Origin: Spirochaetaceae bacterium
GTDB lineage: Bacteria > Spirochaetota > Spirochaetia > DSM-27196 > SLST01
DNA length: 41,802 nt
Direction: 5' to 3'
Assembly: GCA_007694025.1 (NCBI GenBank)
Contig: RECL01000165.1
Location: forward strand, 1-41,802
Part shown: positions 33,078 through 40,697 of the stretch, in pieces
Layout: each line of letters starts with the position of its first letter
How positions within the stretch are numbered: position 1 is the stretch's first letter
Notes under the pieces: model-generated
What the model saw: only the letters and a program-made list of their open reading frames with translations
Told to the model about the DNA's origin: nothing
Databases searched by the model: none
Made by a program: the position numbers and the translations under genes

Positions 33078-34352
33078 ATGAACCACGGCGACGCCGGATC
33101 TGCGATCCACCCGCTAGCAGCGCTGCGAGATCTACTCGGCGGTCATCCGCTCTTCGCGATCGGGATCCTGCTCTTTGTCGGGTTTCTGCTCGCGAAGCTC
33201 GCGGCCCGGCTGCGTCTGCCCGAGATCACCGGATTCATCGTCGCTGGCATTCTGATGGGCGAAACCGTCTCCGGGATCATCCCGCGAACGATGAGCGGCG
33301 AGTTGTCGCTGGTAACCGAGATCGCGCTCGGGCTGATCGCGCTGACCGTCGGCGCCGAGTTCTACGGCGCCAAACTCAAGCGGCACGGTCGGGGTATCGT
33401 AGTGATCGCGATCGTTCAGTCGGTGTTCACGCTCGTGATCGTCACGGCGTCGCTTACGCTCGCGGGACTCGGGATCGTGTACGCGGTGCTGCTCGCTTCG
33501 ATCGCGGGGGCAACCGCCCCCGCAGCGACGGTCGCGATCGTGCAGGCAGCGCGTGCGCGCGGTCCTTTTGTCGACCACCTCTACGGGCTGGTCGCGCTCG
33601 ACGATGCGGTGTCGCTCGGTGTGTTCGCGGTCGCGTTCACGGTCGTTGTCGCGTGGTTTACAGCGAGTGCAGGGGCCTCCGGCGGAGGGTCTTCGCTGGC
33701 TGTCGCGGTTACGGTTGCGTACCAGCTTGCCGCGTCGGTCGCGACAGGCCTTGCCGGCGGATGGGTCATCCACCGCTTCGCCCGCGGCCGGTCCAACTCG
33801 CACGAGTCGCTGATCACCACCGTTGGCGTTGTGTTTCTGACCACTGCGATTGCGTTCGTGTTCGACCTGAACGTTCTGGTCACGAACCTGGTGGCCGGGG
33901 CGTTGCTGATCAACCTGTCGGCGCAGAACCATCGCGTGTTCCGCTACCTTGAGCCGTTCACCCCACCGATCTTTGCGTTGTTCTTCGTGCTCGCCGGTAC
34001 CGAGTTTCAGCCCGGGCTACTGACGCCGCATCTGATCGTGATCGCCGCGGTGTACGTTGTAGCGCGCGCGGTCGCCAAGGTCACCGGCGTCTATGTCGGA
34101 TGCAGGGCCGTGGGGCTGGCCTCACCGATCCGCCGCAATCTTGGTCTCTGCATGCTTCCGCACGCTGGGGTCGCGATCGGGATGGCGCTCCTGTTTGTCG
34201 CTGCTCCCGCAACGCAATCGCTCGCGGCAGCCGAGCGCGAGCTGTTCCTGGCGCTGACCAATGTGGTCCTGGTCAGCGTCTTCGTCTACGAACTGATCGG
34301 ACCGTTTGTCGCGCGCCGAGGCCTGCTTCGCGGCGTCGGGGGGGAGGTGTAA
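33078..34352 (+). CDS. Cation:proton antiporter (CPA2/Kef-type Na+/H+ exchanger family)
   Basis: 424 aa, about 12 TM helices. N-terminal LAKLAARLRLPEITGFIVAGILMG typical of the CPA family. No RCK/KTN domain. Confidence 0.85.
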   Translation: MNHGDAGSAIHPLAALRDLLGGHPLFAIGILLFVGFLLAKLAARLRLPEITGFIVAGILMGETVSGIIPRTMSGELSLVTEIALGLIALTVGAEFYGAKLKRHGRGIVVIAIVQSVFTLVIVTASLTLAGLGIVYAVLLASIAGATAPAATVAIVQAARARGPFVDHLYGLVALDDAVSLGVFAVAFTVVVAWFTASAGASGGGSSLAVAVTVAYQLAASVATGLAGGWVIHRFARGRSNSHESLITTVGVVFLTTAIAFVFDLNVLVTNLVAGALLINLSAQNHRVFRYLEPFTPPIFALFFVLAGTEFQPGLLTPHLIVIAAVYVVARAVAKVTGVYVGCRAVGLASPIRRNLGLCMLPHAGVAIGMALLFVAAPATQSLAAAERELFLALTNVVLVSVFVYELIGPFVARRGLLRGVGGEV

Positions 34353-35176
34353 TGGAACTGTTCACGATCCTGGATAAGCAGAGCTGTTCGCTCGACATGA
34401 AGGCACGGACCAAGGACGAGGCGTTGCGCTCGCTGTCTGAGCTCGCCGCGCAGAGCGATCGGGCAAGCGCGGTCGACGCCGACACGATCTACTCGGTTCT
34501 TGCAGAGCGCGAGTCGCAGGGGTCGACCGGCTTCGGGAACGAGATCGCCATCCCGCACGCGCGCCTGCCCGGCATGACCGACTTCCTGCTCTATATCGCG
34601 GTCGTGCCCAAAGGGGTCGACTTTGACGCGATGGACCGCAAGCGCGTCAAAGTGTTCTTTGTGATCCTTGGTCCGCCCGAAGGCGTGACCGACCACCTGA
34701 AGATCCTTGCGGCGGTCTCGCGGGCGATCGGTCACACGAACGTCAAGAACGAGCTGTTACGAAGCGCGAGCGTCACCGCGCTCTACGAGGCGTTCCTGCG
34801 CAACGTCGATGCCGCGCCCGGAGAGAAGGGCGAGCAGCGCAAGATGCAGCTGATGCTCCTCAACCTCTACGAGGACGATCTGCTCTACTCGATCCTGGAG
34901 ATTTTCATCGAGGAGGGTATCGAGGGCGCGACGATCATCGAGAGCGCGGGAATGGGTCAGTACATCTCCAACGTGCCGCTGTTCGCGAACTTCATCGGCT
35001 TCATGCGCGAGAACAAGAACCAGAGCAAGACGATCATGGCGATGGTACCCGAAGAGCACACGCGCGATCTGATCGCCCGGATCGAGGAGACGACCGGAGA
35101 TCTGGACACCAAGCAGGGCGCGATGCTGATCGTGCTCGACGTTCCCTACTTCAAGGGCTCTATGCAGATGATGTAG
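34352..35176 (+). CDS. PTS EIIA(Ntr)-type domain fused to a PII-like domain (putative regulator)
   Basis: Start trimmed to ATG 34352 (TAATG overlap with the antiporter stop). EIIA motif with active-site His GFGNEIAIPHARLPG. The C-terminal ~115 aa have a PII-like pattern (KMQLMLLNLYEDDLLYSILEIFIEEGIEGATIIESAGMG...KTIMAMVPEEHTRDLIARIEE). Confidence 0.65.
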   Translation: MELFTILDKQSCSLDMKARTKDEALRSLSELAAQSDRASAVDADTIYSVLAERESQGSTGFGNEIAIPHARLPGMTDFLLYIAVVPKGVDFDAMDRKRVKVFFVILGPPEGVTDHLKILAAVSRAIGHTNVKNELLRSASVTALYEAFLRNVDAAPGEKGEQRKMQLMLLNLYEDDLLYSILEIFIEEGIEGATIIESAGMGQYISNVPLFANFIGFMRENKNQSKTIMAMVPEEHTRDLIARIEETTGDLDTKQGAMLIVLDVPYFKGSMQMM

Positions 35177-36167
35177 AGCCGCGTTCGACCCTGCTATCGG
35201 TCTGCCACATGTCGGGGTTCGGACCCATGTCGCGCTTGAGCGTCTCGCTCGCGGCGGTGAGCGCGTTGATCGCCGATTCCGGCAGTGTCTGCGTCAGGAT
35301 CGACGCGTTGTCGATCGCCTGTTCGACCGTCCGACTCCCGGCGAGCACGGTCGCGACACCGGGCTGCGCGACTACCCACAGGAGCGCTGCGACCCTTGGT
35401 TCGACACCGTGTTCGGCGGCGATCACCCGCAGCCTGTCGACCAGAGCGAACAACTCGTCCTCGTGCCCCGATTCGTCGTGGCGGACCTGTTCGCGCGCGC
35501 CGCTGAAATGGCGCGTGCGTGCGCGGCCCGCCGGAACCTCGTCGGCATTTCGGAACCGACCGGTCAGCACGCCGTGCAGGAGCGAACTGTACGTGATCAG
35601 CCCCATTCCGCGGCGGAGAGACTCCGGGACGATGGAGTACTCGGTCGCGCGGAACGCCAGGCTGTACGCGATCTGATTGCTCACGAACAACCCGTCCGGG
35701 TAGCGCGAAAGATCCGTCGATCCGAAGTTCGATACGCCGAGGTGGCGGATCTTCCCTTCGCTGCGCAGCGCCGCCATCGTCTCCACGACGTCGTCGGGGT
35801 CACCAGGGAACGACGGCCAGTGAATCTGGTAGAGGTCGATCACGTCGGTCCGCAGACGCCGCAGCGACTGCTCGCAGCTGTGGCGCAAGCTTGCCGGCGC
35901 CAGGTTCGACGGCGACACCTTCGTCGCGATGACTACGTCCGCGCGTCGGCCCGCGAGCGCCTTTCCGACGACCTCTTCCGAATACCCGTCACCGTATCCT
36001 TCGGCCGTGTCAAAGAAGGTGATCCCGTTGTCGACCGCGGCCAGCAGGCTGTCGATGCTCTGTTGCTCGTCCTGATCGCCCCACATCGCGCCACCGGCGA
36101 TGCCCCAGCATCCAAAGCCAACGACCGACACGCGCAGATCGCTCGATCCTAATCGCCTGGTTTCCAT
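35160..36167 (-). CDS. Aldo/keto reductase
   Basis: Start trimmed to ATG 36167 behind GGAGGA. LGSSDLRVSVVGFGCWGIAG, FFDTAEGYG, IHWP and GVSNF motifs. Its 3' end overlaps the convergent EIIA-like gene by 17 nt. Confidence 0.85.
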   Translation of the reverse strand: METRRLGSSDLRVSVVGFGCWGIAGGAMWGDQDEQQSIDSLLAAVDNGITFFDTAEGYGDGYSEEVVGKALAGRRADVVIATKVSPSNLAPASLRHSCEQSLRRLRTDVIDLYQIHWPSFPGDPDDVVETMAALRSEGKIRHLGVSNFGSTDLSRYPDGLFVSNQIAYSLAFRATEYSIVPESLRRGMGLITYSSLLHGVLTGRFRNADEVPAGRARTRHFSGAREQVRHDESGHEDELFALVDRLRVIAAEHGVEPRVAALLWVVAQPGVATVLAGSRTVEQAIDNASILTQTLPESAINALTAASETLKRDMGPNPDMWQTDSRVERGSTSSA

Positions 36168-36685
36168 CGATCCTCCTGTCCCGTCTCTTTCCGGATTTCC
36201 CAGTGGAGCTCTTCGGCCGCCACGTACAGCGGAAGCGCGTAGCGAACCTGCTCCGACAGAGAACGTTTGAAGCGGCAATACGTGTCGAAGTCGACCGTAC
36301 TGCGCAGCAGCATCAGTTCGAGCATCACGCGCACGGTGTAGCCGGCGATCCCGCGCTCGGCCGCACGCGCAAGCAGTCTCAGATCGTCGGATAGCACCGC
36401 GCAACCGGTCTTGTCGGCTGCGACAACCACCTGCGCGTCGACCTGGTAGCCTTCGTACACCCGGTCGGACTCCTCAAGATGGGCGATAGCGGCGATCGCG
36501 GGCGACACGTCGCCCCGCTCACCGAGTTCGTCGAAAACACCCGGCGGCGCGATGATCCGGATCGTCTGCGTCAGCGGGATCAGGAACCCGGCGCGCATCG
36601 CGTAGATGAGCGATGAAGTATCGGCGACTACCTTGTCCAGGCGGCGCACCGTGTCGAGCGTCAGATGCGCGAGCGCGTCGTTCAT
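36149..36685 (-). CDS. PIN-like domain protein (COG2405/DUF3368-type)
   Basis: 178 aa. VVADTSSLIYAMRAG (first acidic residue) and CAVLSDDLRLLARAAERGI pattern. TAGAAT at 36700-36695, 9 nt before the ATG. Overlaps the AKR start by 19 nt. Confidence 0.5.
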   Translation of the reverse strand: MNDALAHLTLDTVRRLDKVVADTSSLIYAMRAGFLIPLTQTIRIIAPPGVFDELGERGDVSPAIAAIAHLEESDRVYEGYQVDAQVVVAADKTGCAVLSDDLRLLARAAERGIAGYTVRVMLELMLLRSTVDFDTYCRFKRSLSEQVRYALPLYVAAEELHWEIRKETGQEDRWKPGD

Positions 36686-36721
36686 CGCAATCCTATTCTA
36701 GCAGGTCCGGTCGATTCTGTC

Positions 36722-37675
36722 TCAGTTCGCGTTGCGTTCGCCGTTGCGCGCGTCGCAGATGCGTTGGATCTCATCAAACGAGTACTCGTATACCGAGTTG
36801 CAGTTGTGGCACACAACGCGCAACGGAAAGGGCCCTTCTTCCAGGATGCTGTTGATCTCACCGTCCGGAAGCGACCCTATGTACCCTCCATAGTGTTCCT
36901 TGCTGCAGTGACAGCTGAACTCGATCGTCCGGCTTCCCACGACTTCGGGCGCGAACTCGCCAAAGAACTTGTTGATAATGTGCGCCGGGGTCTCGCCGGC
37001 GGCGAACAGCGAACCAAGCGACGGAATCTCCCGCACCCGCTGCTCAAGCTCGGCGCCGATCGTGCCGCTCGACCCGGGGAGCGCCTGGATGAACAGCCCT
37101 CCTGCGCCGCTTACCCGGCCTTCGCGGTCGAACTGAATGCTCAGGCTCACTGCCGTTGGTAGCTGTTCGGAGACAACGTAGTAGTGCGCCAGGTCCTTCG
37201 CCAGGTTGCCGTACTGGAGCGATACGTGGCCGACGAACGGTGTGCGGGCCATCTCCAGGTGGCGGCTGACGCTGAGCGTCCCCGAACCGATGAACGGCGC
37301 CAGGTTGAAGCTCTCCAGCGGCCCATCGACCGGAATAGCATCGACCCGCAGATAGCCCCTGATCTCTCCGTGCGCGTTCGAGTCGACCGAAAACCCCACC
37401 GCGGGTCCGTCGCACTCCATCGTCATCGACACGCGGTCGTTGCCCTTGACGAGCGACGTCAACAGGCCCGCCGCGATGTACGCGTGCCCCAACAGCAGCG
37501 TCTCAAGGATCCCGAGCTGGTGATTGCTTCGCATCTGGTTCACGAGCCGAGTGCCGTGAAGCACCGCTCCGCGGTAGCTATCGTCGAGCAGGAAGATGTC
37601 CATCCCGTCGGCGGCAATCTGATCGAAGAGTTCGTTCAGTATTTCGTCTTCGATTGGCGTCAGCTTCATGTCCAT
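36722..37675 (-). CDS. hslO: Hsp33 family redox-regulated chaperone
   Basis: 317 aa. C-terminal zinc centre CHCSKEH...CHNCNSVY. The alternative leaderless start ATG 37669 lies 8 nt after GATATT (37683-37678). Confidence 0.85.
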   Translation of the reverse strand: MDMKLTPIEDEILNELFDQIAADGMDIFLLDDSYRGAVLHGTRLVNQMRSNHQLGILETLLLGHAYIAAGLLTSLVKGNDRVSMTMECDGPAVGFSVDSNAHGEIRGYLRVDAIPVDGPLESFNLAPFIGSGTLSVSRHLEMARTPFVGHVSLQYGNLAKDLAHYYVVSEQLPTAVSLSIQFDREGRVSGAGGLFIQALPGSSGTIGAELEQRVREIPSLGSLFAAGETPAHIINKFFGEFAPEVVGSRTIEFSCHCSKEHYGGYIGSLPDGEINSILEEGPFPLRVVCHNCNSVYEYSFDEIQRICDARNGERNAN

Positions 37676-37697
37676 GCAATATCCTGGTCGCGCGCGC

Positions 37698-37739
37698 GGA
37701 AATCAAGGGCGCCACGCTCGGGAGCATTGGCGCGGCGCC
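37698..37739 (-). terminator. Candidate intrinsic terminator after the anti-sigma gene
   Basis: Minus strand reads GGCGCCGCGC-(12-nt loop)-GCGUGGCGCC, a 10-bp stem with one G-U pair (37739-37730 / 37717-37708), followed by CUUGAUUUCC. It begins 3 nt after the TAG stop (37744-37742). Confidence 0.45.
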
Positions 37740-37741
37740 GG

Positions 37742-38440
37742 CTACCGCGGAACGGAGAACATCACGACCGGACCATCAGGCTCGGTCGCGCGCGGGTTTC
37801 GCTCGATCGTGATCTGGATCGCGCCGTTACCTTCGGGTGCGCCTGTCGTCAACCGACCCGATCCGTCGTCGACATCGATCCTGCCCAGAGTCGTTGCCCG
37901 ACCACCGGCTACCCACCACGCGACGTAGCTGACGCTTGCCGCAGGCTCTGGAAGCCCGGAGACCAGGATAATCAGGCGCCCCCGGTCGATGAACGCCGTC
38001 CCGTACGCTTCGGGCGCTGTCTCTGCCGCGACAAGCAGCTGCGGGGAGTGGGGCGCCGATGCGCCTGGGCGCAGAAGCGCGACGTTCAGCGCGAGCGACG
38101 CGACGACGATCATCAGCGCAAGGCTGCCGATCGCTATCGCCGGCGGGGTGATTGGCACGCGCAGGATTCGCGGTTCGCGCTGCGTTCCAGCCCGCGGTGC
38201 GGCCGCCCGGCTATCCGACGGCGTAGCTGGCGCCGAATCGGCGGCGGTGATCGACTGGTCGCTCCAGGAGGGCGACCCGGTGAGAGCTGCCGGGGGCTCT
38301 ACCGCCGGCAGCAGGTAGACCAGTCCGTAGACCGCTTCGAGCGCCGATCGCTCTCCGTCCCCAGATGGTGCAGGCTCTGCGTTGGGAGCGAATCGACGCG
38401 CGGCCGCGCGCGGACCGTCTCCGACCGTTGGATCATGCAT
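37742..38440 (-). CDS. Membrane protein with C-terminal RskA-type anti-sigma-K domain
   Basis: Start chosen at ATG 38440 (GGAG 6 nt upstream); the alternative is ATG 38464. Single TM helix AIAIGSLALMIVVASLALNVALL. C-terminal pattern YVAWWVAGGRATTLGRIDVDDGSG...IQITIERNP typical of RskA. No zf-HC2 anti-sigma N-domain. Confidence 0.6.
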   Translation of the reverse strand: MHDPTVGDGPRAAARRFAPNAEPAPSGDGERSALEAVYGLVYLLPAVEPPAALTGSPSWSDQSITAADSAPATPSDSRAAAPRAGTQREPRILRVPITPPAIAIGSLALMIVVASLALNVALLRPGASAPHSPQLLVAAETAPEAYGTAFIDRGRLIILVSGLPEPAASVSYVAWWVAGGRATTLGRIDVDDGSGRLTTGAPEGNGAIQITIERNPRATEPDGPVVMFSVPR

Positions 38441-38939
38441 CGTAGACTCCGGGGATGTCGTCATCGGCGGGCAGCGTGCGCTCGGTGAGGCGGGCGGTGA
38501 GCGTGGCGATCGCGCGCGCAAGGTCTTCCTGGTCGTGGTTGTCGGACGCTCCGCCGAAGAGCGCAGCGGCTATCGCCTCCTGGTCGGCGCCGGGTAGCGA
38601 TGCGAACGCGGCGGTGAGCGCGGCAGCGTCGACCGGGAGCGCATCGCCGGTTCCCGGCGCAGCCGAATGCCGCCCGAATAGCGACGCAACAAGCGGGGCG
38701 GCGCGATCGACGCGTGGACCGGTCGCGTCTTGCCGAAGGGAGAGCGCGGCTCGGCGGGTCGCGTCGAATAAATCTACCCAGTGATCGTGGGGCCTGGACG
38801 CGGAAGAACCGGTCTGGTCTATCGCGGTGCGCGTCGCCTGCGCCGCAAGGTCGGGATCGCCACAGATCGCGTGCGCGTACGAGTAGGCTGCCGCAACGGT
38901 TCGCGCTGTGAGGCGGTGGCTGCCGTTCGGGTCGATCAC
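38433..38939 (-). CDS. Hypothetical protein, possibly a truncated sigma-70 (ECF) region 2/4-like protein
   Basis: 168 aa. GTG start 9 nt after TACAAT (38954-38949). Its stop overlaps the anti-sigma start by 8 nt. Weak resemblance to ECF regions (AAAYSYAHAICGDPDLAAQATRTA; FASLPGADQEAIAAALFGG). GC3-rich codon usage. Confidence 0.4.
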   Translation of the reverse strand: MIDPNGSHRLTARTVAAAYSYAHAICGDPDLAAQATRTAIDQTGSSASRPHDHWVDLFDATRRAALSLRQDATGPRVDRAAPLVASLFGRHSAAPGTGDALPVDAAALTAAFASLPGADQEAIAAALFGGASDNHDQEDLARAIATLTARLTERTLPADDDIPGVYDA

Positions 38940-39025
38940 TGCGGCGCGATTGTAGCACGCCGGACAGAGTGGTGTCGATTTTGTTGATTGCCGATCCTGC
39001 GGTATCTTGGACCGGGAAGGTATCA

Positions 39026-39532
39026 GTGGCGAACGAAACGATCACGCTCGGCGGCGGGTGTTTCTGGTGTGTAGAGGCGGTATTCAAGCGGATGGCAGGC
39101 GTCGTCTCGTGCACGTCCGGCTACGCCGGCGGCGCGACCGCGAATCCGACGTACGAGCAGGTGTGTAGCGGAACGACTGGTCATGCGGAGGTCGTGCGCG
39201 TCGAGTTCGATCCGGCGGTCGTGACGCTCGACGCGATTCTCCGGCGCTTCTTTCAGGCGCACGATCCGACGACGCTCAATCGGCAGGGAGCCGACGTCGG
39301 CACGCAGTACCGGTCTGCGATCTATCTGGAGTCGCAGGAGCAGCGGCCCGCGGTCGACGCAGTGGTCGCCGATATGCGCTCGGTCTACCGGGATCCCATT
39401 GTCACGGAGGTCGAACTCCTGGACCGGTTCTACCCGGCAGAGGCGTACCACCAGGACTACTATGAGCGCAACCCGAACGCCGGCTACTGCCGCGTCGTGA
39501 TCGCGCCGAAGCTCAAGAAGCTCGGCCTATAG
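39026..39532 (+). CDS. msrA: Peptide-methionine (S)-S-oxide reductase
   Basis: GGGCFWCVEAVF active site. GTG 39026 behind GGGAAGG gives a 168-aa protein of canonical length. The ORF-track start at 38969 (GTG) adds 19 non-conserved residues. Confidence 0.9.
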   Translation: MANETITLGGGCFWCVEAVFKRMAGVVSCTSGYAGGATANPTYEQVCSGTTGHAEVVRVEFDPAVVTLDAILRRFFQAHDPTTLNRQGADVGTQYRSAIYLESQEQRPAVDAVVADMRSVYRDPIVTEVELLDRFYPAEAYHQDYYERNPNAGYCRVVIAPKLKKLGL

Positions 39533-39612
39533 CCGGGCCGACTCGCGCGCAGACGCGAAGACTCACGCGTCGCTCTTCGGCTCGTGGCGGAACTCGTTCC
39601 AGACGGTGATGG

Positions 39613-40638
39613 TCACACCGCCTCCAGATCGATCGCGATCGTGCGACCCGTTTCCGCGCTCTCTACCGCGGCCAGGCACATCGCCAGGCTCGCTATGTTG
39701 TCGTGGCTTGCGGTCTCGGGCGCTTTCCCGGTGCCAAGCGAATCGAGGAATCCCCTGATGCAGCCGGCGTGACCGGTCAGTTCGAGCTCAACCGAAGCCG
39801 GCGGTTCGATCGGGATACCGGCGCGGATCAACGTGTCCCCCGATCCGGCGGCTTCGCCGGCGATCTGTGCGCCACCGTCCCACGTTGCCGAACCACCGTC
39901 GCCGACGATCCGCCATGCAGACTCCCAGCTGGTGTTCATCCCTTCGGCGCACCAGCTGCCGCGATACGAGAAGCGCGCGCCGTTGTCCATCTTGAACAGC
40001 GCTACGGCCGCCGCGCCGTGCGTGTACCACGACCCGTGCGGATTCCACTCGGTACAGGAAGCGGAGACGGGCCGCGCATCCAGAATCATCCGCGCGGCAT
40101 CGAAGGTGTGGATCGCCATGTCCAGGAGCAGCACGTGGTCCATCTCGGCACGGAATCCGCCGAAGTGCGCCCCGATGAAGAAGTCCGCCGTGAGCATCGT
40201 GGGGCGTCCGATCGATCCATCGGCGATCAGTCGTCTGAAGCGGCGGATATCGGGCAGGTATCGCCGGTTCTGCATCACCGCGTGTGTACGACCGGTCGAC
40301 CGCGCAGCGGCGACAACGCACCGTGCGGCCTCCATCGTGTCGGCGAGCGGTTTTTCGCACATCACGTGGCACCCGGCTTCGAGCGCCTGCACGTCGATCT
40401 TTGCGTGAGCCGACGGAACGGTGCAGTCAAAGACGACATCGGGGGAGAGCTCGGCGAGCGCGGCCGACAGATCGGTGTAGATCGCCGCACCGGGTGCGTA
40501 TTCGGCCGCCCGGCCTTCGGCTACGGTCCGATCCAGATCGACCATCCCGATCAGCTCGACGTCGTCCATCGCCGAAAGCGGCTTCAGCCACGCGGGACTT
40601 ATCCCGCCACATCCAACGATCATGCATCTGTGCGCCAT
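39613..40638 (-). CDS. Gfo/Idh/MocA family oxidoreductase
   Basis: Start trimmed to ATG 40638, 7 nt after TATCCT (40651-40646). Rossmann N-terminus MIVGCGGISPAWL and CEKPLA motif. Confidence 0.85.
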   Translation of the reverse strand: MAHRCMIVGCGGISPAWLKPLSAMDDVELIGMVDLDRTVAEGRAAEYAPGAAIYTDLSAALAELSPDVVFDCTVPSAHAKIDVQALEAGCHVMCEKPLADTMEAARCVVAAARSTGRTHAVMQNRRYLPDIRRFRRLIADGSIGRPTMLTADFFIGAHFGGFRAEMDHVLLLDMAIHTFDAARMILDARPVSASCTEWNPHGSWYTHGAAAVALFKMDNGARFSYRGSWCAEGMNTSWESAWRIVGDGGSATWDGGAQIAGEAAGSGDTLIRAGIPIEPPASVELELTGHAGCIRGFLDSLGTGKAPETASHDNIASLAMCLAAVESAETGRTIAIDLEAV

Positions 40639-40697
40639 GCGCGGCAGGATAGCGCGTTCTCCTTCCCAACGCAAGCAGCCGTCGGTATCATGACCGA

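Noticed and set aside
39552-39571. Hairpin GACGCG-N8-CGCGTC between convergent msrA and the Gfo-family gene, as a bidirectional terminator
   Set aside because: The stem is only 6 bp and no U-tract follows on either strand. It is not convincing as an intrinsic terminator.
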